Below are positions 1 through 8,744 of a stretch of 41,911 nucleotides of DNA, one piece after another. The position numbers and the translations under genes are program-made. The DNA comes from Candidatus Avilachnospira sp. (GTDB lineage Bacteria; Bacillota; Clostridia; Lachnospirales; Lachnospiraceae): the NCBI GenBank assembly GCA_045642005.1, contig JAZUHZ010000251.1:1-41911 (forward strand). Reading direction: 5' to 3'. The notes under the pieces were generated by a model. The model was not told the DNA's origin and ran no database searches. It worked only from the letters and a program-made list of their open reading frames with translations. Position 1 is the stretch's first letter. The number at the start of each line of letters is the position of its first letter.

Positions 1-143
1 CGTAGGGCCACGGTTTCGCTATTGCTTCTTCTCCCCCATGCCTCACGGCATGAAGCTTGCAAGTCGCTATCGGATTCGTCGGCAACTACGCTCCTTGGGA
101 CTTTCACCCAAGCGTCGGGACATGCCCGTCATACACACTGCCT

Positions 144-220
144 GGTGTGAAACAGCTTCGCCGTTTCACGCCAGACAGCGTTTCACGCACCTCATGTTTG
201 GCTACGCTGCATTTCACGCA
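144..220. repeat. GTTTCACGC motif cluster: an inverted pair GGTGTGAAAC (144-153) / GTTTCACGCC (163-172) with a 9-nt spacer, then two further direct copies (180-189, 211-220). It lies upstream of the 298 CDS.
   Basis: Read directly from the sequence. The same core and the same IR-N9-IR-plus-extra-copy layout recur at 11551-11620. Confidence 0.6.
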
Positions 221-297
221 GCTCATGTACAGCGGGTGTGGTTTGTGCTATACTTTTTTGTGTACTGATTTTTCTTTTTCGGAAAGGATGACATTTC

Positions 298-2220
298 ATG
301 GCTGACTACAATGTGGTGAAACTTGTTAGAAACCGTACTTATCCCACCTATCAGCTTTTTGCGCAGATGGACGACAAAAAGACCGATGTGCATGACGGTC
401 TGCGGCTTGCCGCGCTCACCTGTATTGACTGGCTGAAACACCGGCTGGGGGAAAACTGCCCCGGGGAGCTTTCTTGCGCGCCGGATCCGTCTCAATATAA
501 AACCGTCGATGACAGCTGTCTTTCTTCCCTGCATCTCAGCACCGGATTTGTGGTGGATATCGTATTTAACAAAGAAGCCGGGGAATGGAGCCTTTTGGTC
601 TCCGAACCGGATCTCGGATCAAATCCCGGGAATGCGGATCAGGCGCGGCAGCCTGTCGCCGGCAGAAATTTCCGTACCGATATCAGTTTTAAAATCGTGG
701 ATGACAGGCTTTTCTGCGGCTTCCGGACATTGGTCAATGAACCGCCGACCACAGCCGAACCGGCTCTTGTTTACCGGCTCGCCGTTATCCGGCAGCTTTC
801 AGAGCATCCGGATTTCGGTTTCCGGCAGATCATTCCTCTGGACGGGAAGAAACACGATCTGACCAAGGATCTTCTGAAGGATTTCCTGGAGATCAAAAAT
901 GACCCCGAAAACCAGCTTCCCCTGGTGGTTTTCGTCGAACCGGATGACCGCCCTATAAAACCGCAGACCCTGCCTAAGGGAAAGAGCGCGAAAAAGCCCG
1001 AACTGTCCCCACTTCTCAAAAATCCCGGAAGCGGCTTTGATCTTACCGGGAAGAAATTCACGGTCGGCGGTGCGCTTCCGCTGCCGGCCTATGACGGCCT
1101 GCATTCGCTTCCGGGTGACATGGAGGCAAAACTCCGGGAAATTTCTCTGGAAGCGCAGAAGGAAACGTTCCGGTTTGACGCCGACCGATTTGCGCAGGAC
1201 ATGATCGGGTTCTGTCTTGTCTACGATCTGGAGACGGCGCAGCTTGACCGGTTCCGCTCCCTCCTGGGCATCGACTGCCGGGAAGGTGACATCCTCCTTG
1301 TGGATCCCGTATGCGCCGGAAGCGGTATTGAAAAGCTTCACGCGGACGGGAAAGCCGGCATCGATGAAACGATGGCGAATCTAAAGGAACAGTGCTACTG
1401 CTGGCCGAGAGGGAAAGCCATCTCGTACGGCCCGGTTCCCTTCCTTTCCACTACGAGGGCAAATCTTCTGGAAAGTCTCGCGCAGGCCAAAGAAACGGCT
1501 ATGGCAGATAGCGCCCTGTCTGATGCCAGATGGCAGCAGGAAATTGACCGCATCTCCGAAAATGCCCGAGAAGAAATTGACGAAAAGGATGAGCAGATCT
1601 TCCAGCTTAGGGAACAGGTCGAGCGCCAGAAGCAGTACACCGCGCGGGTGGAAAATGAGAAAACGGAACTCCGGAAACTTCAGGCGGAGGAACTGGAACA
1701 GAAAAACAGAGAACTGGCGGAAAAGGATGCCGAGATCGATTTTCTTCGCCGGACGCTGGACCGCCCGGATTCCATGAGCGGTGTCGCCGACTGGGCGGAG
1801 AAGCACTTCAGCGATCATCTGGTGTTCGATGACAAGGTCCGGTCCCGTCTTTCCAACCCGGATCTTCGATCCTATGACCCGCAGGTGTCATGCGCGGCCC
1901 TCGATTATCTTGCTAATGAGCTCTGGGAGGTGCATTTCCGGCATCTTTCCATGGACGAGGCCAATCGCCGCTGCTCAGAGAAATTCAATATGCCCTTTGA
2001 ACTCTCGCCCGTCGATGAGATCACCTACAATGACCGGCGTTATGCCAACGAGTATCACATCAGCTATCACGGGATTTCGGTTCCGCTCGACTGGCATCTG
2101 AAACAGGGACACGGGGAGTCTATGCTCCGGATCTACTACTGTCTCGATGAGGAAAACGAGCTCATTGTCATCGGCTCCATGCCAAAACACCTGTCAACGC
2201 TGACCTTCGGGAATACATGA
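298..2220 (+). CDS. Hypothetical 640-aa protein with a central coiled coil. The C-terminal tail weakly resembles RelE/ParE-type toxins (LRIYYCLDEENELIVIGSMPKHL).
   Basis: Long ORF with a GAAAGGA RBS 9 nt upstream of the ATG. A heptad-like E/K/Q-rich segment spans about aa 410-470. I recognised no family. Confidence 0.8.
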   Translation: MADYNVVKLVRNRTYPTYQLFAQMDDKKTDVHDGLRLAALTCIDWLKHRLGENCPGELSCAPDPSQYKTVDDSCLSSLHLSTGFVVDIVFNKEAGEWSLLVSEPDLGSNPGNADQARQPVAGRNFRTDISFKIVDDRLFCGFRTLVNEPPTTAEPALVYRLAVIRQLSEHPDFGFRQIIPLDGKKHDLTKDLLKDFLEIKNDPENQLPLVVFVEPDDRPIKPQTLPKGKSAKKPELSPLLKNPGSGFDLTGKKFTVGGALPLPAYDGLHSLPGDMEAKLREISLEAQKETFRFDADRFAQDMIGFCLVYDLETAQLDRFRSLLGIDCREGDILLVDPVCAGSGIEKLHADGKAGIDETMANLKEQCYCWPRGKAISYGPVPFLSTTRANLLESLAQAKETAMADSALSDARWQQEIDRISENAREEIDEKDEQIFQLREQVERQKQYTARVENEKTELRKLQAEELEQKNRELAEKDAEIDFLRRTLDRPDSMSGVADWAEKHFSDHLVFDDKVRSRLSNPDLRSYDPQVSCAALDYLANELWEVHFRHLSMDEANRRCSEKFNMPFELSPVDEITYNDRRYANEYHISYHGISVPLDWHLKQGHGESMLRIYYCLDEENELIVIGSMPKHLSTLTFGNT

Positions 2221-2432
2221 AAACAGCGGGATACGCCTTCATTTTCTCCCCCGGTGGTACTTCCCGCAGGCGATTTGTTGCCTGATCTCACATCCTTCCC
2301 GCGAAAAAGCCCTGTCCCGAGACCGGAAGCCTCCCTGCCTCATCCCTTGTCAGCGAGCGGCCGGCAGGCCGCTATTGCCAGATGTGGGGCAAGGGGAAGA
2401 TGTGCTTCCCCTCTGCATGTACAAAATGCGCG

Positions 2433-2452
2433 AGAACCGTCCCTGTGTATCC
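2433..2452 (+). repeat. 20-nt direct repeat, copy 1 (AGAACCGTCCCTGTGTATCC)
   Basis: Matches 4465-4484 at 19 of 20 positions. The two copies bracket the MATE-fusion gene. Confidence 0.6.
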
Positions 2453-2540
2453 AACCTGAACATAAGGAAACTGACCCACAATCTGTGAACATGATTCGTT
2501 CGGGAAAGGGAAAATCTAAAAAACATCGAAGGATTTAGTG

Positions 2541-4379
2541 ATGAAACCGGTTTCAAAATCAAATAAACGGAATGCAGTTACCGATAAAATGTTTATCTCC
2601 CTGTTTCTGACAGGGTCAGTCATGGAGCTCTCTCAGGTCGGTTCCGGATTCATAGACGGGGTTGTTATCAGCCGTTTTCTGGGACATGATGCTATGGCGG
2701 CTGAAGGAATCATTCATCCCGTTTTCAGTATCCTCGGGATGATCAGCGGGCTTTTGGCTGTCGGAATGCAGGTGCGTTGCTCGCAGGAGATCGGCAGAGG
2801 CAGCAAAGAGAATTTTTCCAGATTTGTAAGTGCAGCGGTTTATGCAGGTGTAATAGCTTCGCTTCTTATTACTGTCCTTCTCTTAGCGTTTGCAAAACCA
2901 TTTGCCGTTTTGCTTGGTGCATCAGGAAATGCGGCAGCACTTACCGATACAGCGGCAAAATATCTGACGGGCATAAGTATCGGAGCCCCGCCGCTGATCA
3001 TGACAGCGGTTCTTGCGCCGGCTTTTCAGCTTGATACGGGACGAAAGATTATTGGCAGAGGAGCGATCATAGAAGCGGTATCCAATGTGATCCTGGATAT
3101 TGCCGCCATAAAGCTTGGCTGGGGAATTTTCGGAATCGGCCTTGCAACAGCTTTGGCCAGCTACATGAACCTGTTATATCTCTGCACATTCTTCCTTAGA
3201 AAGAACCGCATGCTCCATTTTGTAAAGCCGGATATTCCCGTCAGGGAATTCCTTCGTATGCTTGTATATGGCAGCGAAAAAGCAGTCCGAAGACTTGCCA
3301 ATACTCTGCGTCCGATCATCCTGAATACTGCCATCATTTCTTACGGCGGAACCGCCGCAATGTCGGCTTTTTCAGTTAGAAACAATTTCTCCAACTTTGC
3401 CGAGATTTTCGGAGCCGGAATCGCATCTGCGGTTTCTCTTCTCACGGGCGTATACTATGGTGAGATTAATGCTGAAGGCATTGAAGCGGTAGATAACTGT
3501 AAGAACCGCATGATTTTTCTCTGTACAGGTGCTGTATGTGTTCTCATGTTTTTCTTCGCAAAGCCTATAGCCTGCCTCTATATTACAGAGGACGGTGCCA
3601 TTTACGATATGGCAGTGTTTGCCCTCCGTGTACTCGCCATTCAGATTCCTTTACAGGCGCTTGTTGAAAGCCGTATCAAATACCTGCAGGCGATTCATTT
3701 ACAATTGAATATGAATCTTCTTACGATTGCCACACGCCTGATACTTGTTGTATTATCCGCATACTTTATGGGAAAACTGTTTGGAGACTATGGTATTCTC
3801 GCGTGCTGCACAGTCAGTGATGCGCTTACGCTGATTTCCATTTACATTTTTAATTGGATCCGATTACGCGGAAAGCGCCCGGAAAAACGTGATTTCCTTC
3901 ATCTTCCGGATTCTTTTTATCTGAATCCCGGAGATGAGATATCGCTTAACGTTCGAAGCGAAGAAGATGCCTGTCTTGTGTCGGAACAGATCATGCTGTT
4001 TTGCAGAGGACATAAGATCGACAGCCGGACAGGATACCTCGCGGCGCTCTCATTTGAAGAACTGGCAGTGAATATTGTCAGACACGGCTTCCCGAAAAAC
4101 AGTTCTTCAACTCCGATGATCGACATGCGCACTGTCATCACGGATGATAATCTTGTGATCAGGCTTCGCGACAACTGCCCTTATTATGATGTCACTGCCC
4201 ATTTAACTTCTCTGAGAGATGAAATCAGACCGGAACACAATATAGGAACGCGGATCGTAAGCAATATGGCGTCAGATATCACATATCTCCGTACTTTTGA
4301 ATCGAACAGTCTTATTCTTTGTTTCAAAACGAAAAAAATGCGACCGGTCCCTTTAAACTCAATGTCGCAAGTGAAATAA
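2541..4379 (+). CDS. MATE-family efflux transporter fused to a C-terminal RsbW/SpoIIAB-like (HATPase_c-type) domain
   Basis: About 450 aa of polytopic membrane sequence typical of MATE. The C-terminal ~150 aa carry an N-box-like EELAVNIVRHGF and the strand pattern of anti-sigma-factor kinases. The G1 box looks degenerate (RDNCPYYD). A GAAGGA RBS precedes the ATG at 2541, and the ORF is open from a GTG at 2538. Confidence 0.75.
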   Translation: MKPVSKSNKRNAVTDKMFISLFLTGSVMELSQVGSGFIDGVVISRFLGHDAMAAEGIIHPVFSILGMISGLLAVGMQVRCSQEIGRGSKENFSRFVSAAVYAGVIASLLITVLLLAFAKPFAVLLGASGNAAALTDTAAKYLTGISIGAPPLIMTAVLAPAFQLDTGRKIIGRGAIIEAVSNVILDIAAIKLGWGIFGIGLATALASYMNLLYLCTFFLRKNRMLHFVKPDIPVREFLRMLVYGSEKAVRRLANTLRPIILNTAIISYGGTAAMSAFSVRNNFSNFAEIFGAGIASAVSLLTGVYYGEINAEGIEAVDNCKNRMIFLCTGAVCVLMFFFAKPIACLYITEDGAIYDMAVFALRVLAIQIPLQALVESRIKYLQAIHLQLNMNLLTIATRLILVVLSAYFMGKLFGDYGILACCTVSDALTLISIYIFNWIRLRGKRPEKRDFLHLPDSFYLNPGDEISLNVRSEEDACLVSEQIMLFCRGHKIDSRTGYLAALSFEELAVNIVRHGFPKNSSSTPMIDMRTVITDDNLVIRLRDNCPYYDVTAHLTSLRDEIRPEHNIGTRIVSNMASDITYLRTFESNSLILCFKTKKMRPVPLNSMSQVK

Positions 4380-4464
4380 ATTGATGCATTGACATATACT
4401 GTTGATATCAAAAGCAGCGGAGACATTCATGATGAACTATCCCGGATACCCAAAAGAAAGCACC

Positions 4465-4484
4465 AGAACCGTCCCTGCGTATCC
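4465..4484 (+). repeat. 20-nt direct repeat, copy 2 (AGAACCGTCCCTGCGTATCC)
   Basis: Matches 2433-2452 at 19 of 20 positions. Confidence 0.6.
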
Positions 4485-4588
4485 CCGCAGGAAAGAGAAA
4501 AAAGCAACGGTTACTTGAATTTCTTTGACCCCGATTGCAAAATCGGAAGAGCAGCCATGGATTGCCAGATACTCAGTCAGACTATGAC

Positions 4589-4617
4589 TTGTCAAAGACA
4601 GCAGAATGTGGTATATT
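4589..4617 (+). promoter_or_regulatory. Sigma-A-type promoter for the T-box leader (TTGTCA, 17 nt, TGgTATATT)
   Basis: -35 at 4589-4594, a 17-nt spacer, and an extended -10 with TATATT at 4612-4617, located just upstream of the leader start. Confidence 0.5.
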
Positions 4618-4629
4618 GCAACCACTGAA

Positions 4630-4905
4630 CAAGAACACGATGAAGAGGAGTTCCTGCAGGGAAGCCGCATGAGAGAGACGCCGGTTGGTGAGAGAGCGGA
4701 GGGTGGAATCGCAGGATGCAGCCTTGGAGTGGCGCGCGGAACGTAGGGCTTTCCCCTATCAGTAAGTGGCGATGGGTGCGCCCAACACAGCGCCTGGCCG
4801 TGATGGCGGTCAACAAGGTCCTTTCCGTAAGGGATGGATGAAGTAAGGTGGTACCACGAGAGATTGTAAGCTCGTCCTTATGAGAACAAAGGACGGGCTT
4901 TTTTG
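4630..4905 (+). promoter_or_regulatory. T-box riboswitch leader (tRNA-sensing transcription attenuator)
   Basis: Stem I signatures are present (AGAGAG, GGTTGGTGAGAG distal-loop motif). The conserved T-box sequence AAGGTGGTACCACG sits at 4846-4859 and is followed by a terminator hairpin and T-run. The element lies directly upstream of the aminotransferase gene. Confidence 0.85.
4873..4904 (+). terminator. Intrinsic terminator of the T-box leader
   Basis: Stem CGTCCTT / AAGGACG with a 9-nt loop, followed by GGCTTTTTT. Confidence 0.8.
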
Positions 4906-4979
4906 CTGTAAAACTGAGCCGTCCGGAACCCGGAAGGCCCATCGAAACCAAACCCTTCCGTCATCAGAAAGGAGAAATT

Positions 4980-6191
4980 ATGATAGCATGTTCAGACAGA
5001 CTCGCGTACGTTCATTCCGATATCCGCGGCCCCTTATATCAGGAAGCCCTCCGCATGGAGTCGGAAGGAACCAGTGTCCTGAAACTCAACACGGGAAATC
5101 CCGGCCGTTTCGGATTTAAACTGCCGAATCCCGTCCGCCAGGCGATAGCGCTGCACATCGACGAAGCCGTCCCCTACTGTGATGTGCGCGGCATGAAAGA
5201 TGCCAGAAATGTCATCTGCACCTACCACATCGGCCGGGGCCTGCAGGGCATCATGCCGGATGATGTGTTCATCTGCAACGGGGTCAGCGAAGCCGCCTCC
5301 ATGATCATGGATGCGCTGATCGGAAACGGAGACGAGGTCCTTCTGCCGTCGCCCTGTTATTCCCTTTGGAGCAATAATGCCTATCTTTCCGGCGGGAAAG
5401 CCGTCTTTTACCGCTGTGATCCGCTTGACGCGTGGAATCCTGATATCACGGATATCGAAAAGAAAATCACGGATCGCACAAAAGCCATTCTGGTGATCAA
5501 TCCCAATAACCCCACCGGTGCCGTCTACAGTCATGAAACACTTGTGGCGATCGCCGATATTGCCAGAAGGCATCATCTGGTGCTCCTTGCCGATGAGATT
5601 TACGACCGGCTTGTCATGGACGGCCTTCGGCATGAGTCCCTCGGCGCTATTGCGCCGGATGTGCCCTGCGTCACCTTCAACGGACTCTCCAAGAGTCATA
5701 TCATCTGCGGATTCCGCTGCGGCTGGATGGTGTTTTCCGGCCCCAAAGGCGAACTGGATGAAGTGAAAAACGGCGTGATGAAGCTGGCTTCCATGCGCCT
5801 GTGCGGCAACGCGCTCACACAGCTTGTGATTCCGGCTGCCCTTGTCGACAGTGAAAGTACGCAGCAGATGCTCGTTCCCGGCGGCCGTCTCTTTGAACAG
5901 CGAAAGGCGACCTGTGAGGGACTTTCAAAGATTGACGGGGTTTCCTTTGTGGAAAACAAAGCCGCTTTCTATCTGTTCCCGGGCATCGACCGTACAAAGT
6001 TTGATTTCCGGAATGCAACGGATTTTGCCATGCAGTTTTTACACGAGTACCACGTGCTCGTGATCCCGGGCACGGGATTTGACTGGGATGAGGATCTCAG
6101 GTTCCGGATCGTCATGCTCCCGGAACCTTACGTTCTGACAAAAGCCATGGATGACCTCCGGCTTTTCCTTGATAAGCACAGGATCTGCTGA
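4980..6191 (+). CDS. Class I/II PLP-dependent aminotransferase, AlaA/AlaC-like
   Basis: PLP-lysine region NGLSKSHIICGFRCGWMVF. Further motifs are NPNNPTG and a typical fold-type I N-terminus (LNTGNP). RBS is GAAAGGAGA. Confidence 0.85.
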   Translation: MIACSDRLAYVHSDIRGPLYQEALRMESEGTSVLKLNTGNPGRFGFKLPNPVRQAIALHIDEAVPYCDVRGMKDARNVICTYHIGRGLQGIMPDDVFICNGVSEAASMIMDALIGNGDEVLLPSPCYSLWSNNAYLSGGKAVFYRCDPLDAWNPDITDIEKKITDRTKAILVINPNNPTGAVYSHETLVAIADIARRHHLVLLADEIYDRLVMDGLRHESLGAIAPDVPCVTFNGLSKSHIICGFRCGWMVFSGPKGELDEVKNGVMKLASMRLCGNALTQLVIPAALVDSESTQQMLVPGGRLFEQRKATCEGLSKIDGVSFVENKAAFYLFPGIDRTKFDFRNATDFAMQFLHEYHVLVIPGTGFDWDEDLRFRIVMLPEPYVLTKAMDDLRLFLDKHRIC

Positions 6192-6341
6192 CATTGTCTT
6201 GAGCATCAATTGGAACATGCGGCGGCGCATCCTCGTGCTTCAGTCGTGTGAGGAGCGGTCCTGACAGGAAAAACGGCAGTATCAATTTTCCGGGAAAGCG
6301 CGTATAATATCTGGGAATATATCATTTCCGGGGCAACCGGT

Positions 6342-6446
6342 ATGAAGAACAGAAAAGAGAAATTTTCAGAGAAACAGGCTGTGATGGAGCTTGCGGATGA
6401 CGGGGCCTTCTCCATAGAAAAAACAGCGGCCCCGGACATACAGTAA
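6342..6446 (+). pseudogene. Relic of a class-B leader peptide gene (MKNRKEKFSEKQAVMELADDG..), truncated before the GG site
   Basis: The 34-codon ORF has an N-terminus and upstream region (6265-6341, including GCGCGTATAATA) homologous to the cassettes at 14566-14660 and 17223-17300. The SD is degraded and the QVTGG motif is lost. Confidence 0.5.
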
Positions 6447-6478
6447 GGCGGTCATCAGAAGAAAGGAATATGGACAAC

Positions 6479-6985
6479 ATGAAAAAAACGCTGGCTGTCC
6501 TGCTGCCCGTACTGATTCTTTGCGGTATTCTTAACGGTTGTGAGAATCAATCCATTTCCCACAGCGAAAAACTTTCCATTGTAATAACGGTGTCCCCGGT
6601 ATATGACTGGGTGCGGAACATCCTCGGTGAAAAAGCCGCGGACACCGATCTCACACTGCTTCCTGAGAAAGGCGCGGATCTGTACGGTTTTCAGCCCACG
6701 GAAGATGACATTCTCCGGATCTCTCAATGTGATCTCCTGGTTTATGCCGGCGGGGAAGCGGATCAATGGGTGGAAGACGCGCTGAAAAAAGCGGGCAGTC
6801 CGGAGATCATCGTGATCCGTCTGCTGGATGTTCTCGAAGCCCCGGTCATGGAAGGCGGAGAAGACGAGCATGTCTGGCTTTCTCCGAAAAACGCGGAGGT
6901 GCTGATCCCGTATCTCTGCGATGCCCTGATCGAGGCGGATCCGAAAAATGCAGCGTTTTACACGGAAAACGCTGAAGGCTTATGA
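6479..6985 (+). pseudogene. Truncated ZnuA/TroA-type metal ABC substrate-binding lipoprotein (N-terminal half only)
   Basis: Signal peptide with lipobox LNGC. Cluster-9 SBP-like motifs (GADLYGFQPT, DEHVWLSP). The ORF stops at about 170 aa, whereas this family is usually about 300 aa. No permease or ATPase genes are adjacent. Confidence 0.5.
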
Positions 6986-7057
6986 TCCTGCAGGGGCTCA
7001 TGGTATAATCAGGGAAATGCTAAAAACCGACAGGAAAAGGAAGTCAGGGAAAGACAG

Positions 7058-8542
7058 ATGAAGGAAAGCGAACTGAGAAGAAATATTGCCTGGGTTCGAA
7101 AGGAAACGCCGGTCATCACCGCCGACGGGATCTTCGGCCATTCAATCACGATGAACCCTTGTGCGATCCTGGAGAAGGACACGATCTTTCTTTTTTATGC
7201 CGCGGATTCCACCGATCCGGAAAATACCTATGAGGAAGGCTCCCGCCGCCGTGAGATCCATCTGGCCACGGCACCGGCAGATGACCCGGAGAACTTTACC
7301 CATTACGGAGCAGTCCTTACCAACGACACAACACCGGGTTCATTTGACTTTGCCTGGTGCGTGCTTCCCCACGTCGTTAAGATCCGGGAAGGACTTTACT
7401 ACATGATGTATTCCGGAAACTGCGGCCACGGTTCCGGCTTAAATGCCTTCCCCGGCCTTGGGGCAGCATGGTCCGAGGACCTGTATCACTGGAAAAAGTA
7501 CGAACACAACCCGGTCCTTCCGCCCGAAGGAGAACCGTTTACCCCCATCGTGGGCATCGCCGGAGGCGGGCTCTATCAGGAAGAGACCGAAAACGGGTAT
7601 CTTCTCCATCTTTTCTATACCGGCTGCCCCACGCTGGGAGACAATGTATTTACCGACCAGCAGAAATTCTGCTGTTATGCCACTTCGTCCGACGGCATTA
7701 CCTGGGAACGGCACGGCGCCGTGCATCGCCGCTCCACGATGAGGGACTATGAGAACATCGCCTCCACCGGAGGGCCTGCCTTCCGCGATCCGGACGGTCT
7801 GTGGCGCCACTGGTATTCCGCCATCGGCTCCCGCTGGGGCGTATATTCCATCGCTTACGCGGAAAGCACTGACGGCATTCACTGGGCCCGCGGAACCCGG
7901 TACGGTGAAAACCTCGCCCTGGCGCCCAAGGTGCGCGATGTCGGAGAACTGCATTTCCTTCCCTGGAAAACCCGATGGCAGGATCAGAGCGTATCCTACC
8001 CGAGCGTGATACGTCTTAAGGATACTCTTCGGATGTATTACTGCGGCAATGACTACGGCATGGGAGGGATCGGAACCGCAATCGCCGCTCCGATGAGACT
8101 TTCCCTGACAGGAGAATCCGGCGGCAGGGCGAAGCTCTGGATTTCCGGAAAAGACGGTGCCGAAAGCATCTCCCTCTTTGCTTTTGCGGAAACAGCCGAG
8201 TACGGGATCCTTCAGGGAGGAATCCACGAGGAAGGAATCACTGCGGATGCCACCCCCTTCTTTGAAGAATTCCCCGAAGCGAACGGGACTGCTCCATTAA
8301 GTGTCCGGGCGATCTGCGTCCACCGGACCGACGGCATCCGGATCGACTGGTTTGTTGAAAATCTTACCGATCAGCCTGTCACGGCGCTCTCCCTCGCCGT
8401 CTCTGATCTGCCCGAGGGGCTTACGCTTTCCCTCGCCGATGCCGAGCTGACCACGGGCGGCCGCATTCTCCGGATTGCAGCAGGAGATCTTCCTCCCTAC
8501 GGCACTGTATGTGTCCACGGGCATCTGGGAATTCCGGCGTAA
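7058..8542 (+). CDS. Beta-propeller glycoside-hydrolase-like protein (GH43/GH32/GH130-clan-like) with a C-terminal beta-sandwich
   Basis: 494-aa ORF with repeated blade-like segments (LFYAADS.., YYMMYSGN.., GAAWSEDLYHWKKYEHNPVL, YATSSDGITWERHG, AESTDGIHWARG). I cannot resolve the family. Confidence 0.6.
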   Translation: MKESELRRNIAWVRKETPVITADGIFGHSITMNPCAILEKDTIFLFYAADSTDPENTYEEGSRRREIHLATAPADDPENFTHYGAVLTNDTTPGSFDFAWCVLPHVVKIREGLYYMMYSGNCGHGSGLNAFPGLGAAWSEDLYHWKKYEHNPVLPPEGEPFTPIVGIAGGGLYQEETENGYLLHLFYTGCPTLGDNVFTDQQKFCCYATSSDGITWERHGAVHRRSTMRDYENIASTGGPAFRDPDGLWRHWYSAIGSRWGVYSIAYAESTDGIHWARGTRYGENLALAPKVRDVGELHFLPWKTRWQDQSVSYPSVIRLKDTLRMYYCGNDYGMGGIGTAIAAPMRLSLTGESGGRAKLWISGKDGAESISLFAFAETAEYGILQGGIHEEGITADATPFFEEFPEANGTAPLSVRAICVHRTDGIRIDWFVENLTDQPVTALSLAVSDLPEGLTLSLADAELTTGGRILRIAAGDLPPYGTVCVHGHLGIPA

Positions 8543-8637
8543 CAGGAGGAAAAGATTTTCCTTCAGCCGATACTATAGTACACACAATATACCGGATTCG
8601 GGGCGGCATTCTCTCGTTTATTCAAGGATGAAAAGAA

Positions 8638-8673
8638 CACCTGGAAACCGCACGTTTTATGGGTTTCCAGGTG
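8638..8673. terminator. Hairpin between convergent genes (12-bp stem CACCTGGAAACC / GGTTTCCAGGTG)
   Basis: Perfect 12-bp stem with a 12-nt loop, lying between the ends of the 7058-8542 (+) and 8745-9098 (-) genes. The flanking T-runs are weak. Confidence 0.5.
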
Positions 8674-8744
8674 CTTAGATTAGTATTGCAACTGATCAGA
8701 TTGTTGACCTAAGCGCAGCCACATTGTAATACCGGCATACTCCG

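Noticed and set aside
38-305. ORFs 38-268 and 57-305 at the left edge of the window
   Set aside because: Their composition is not protein-like. The region is occupied by the GTTTCACGC repeat cluster and the promoter and RBS of the 298 gene, so I treat it as non-coding regulatory DNA.
4389-4628. ORF 4389-4628 and the TTGCAAAATCGGAAG 15-mer shared with 26111-26125
   Set aside because: The ORF has no RBS or family and sits in the terminator and promoter gap. At 26111 the shared 15-mer is simply the -35 region of a promoter. At 4529-4543 there is no matching -10, so I do not claim a functional repeat.
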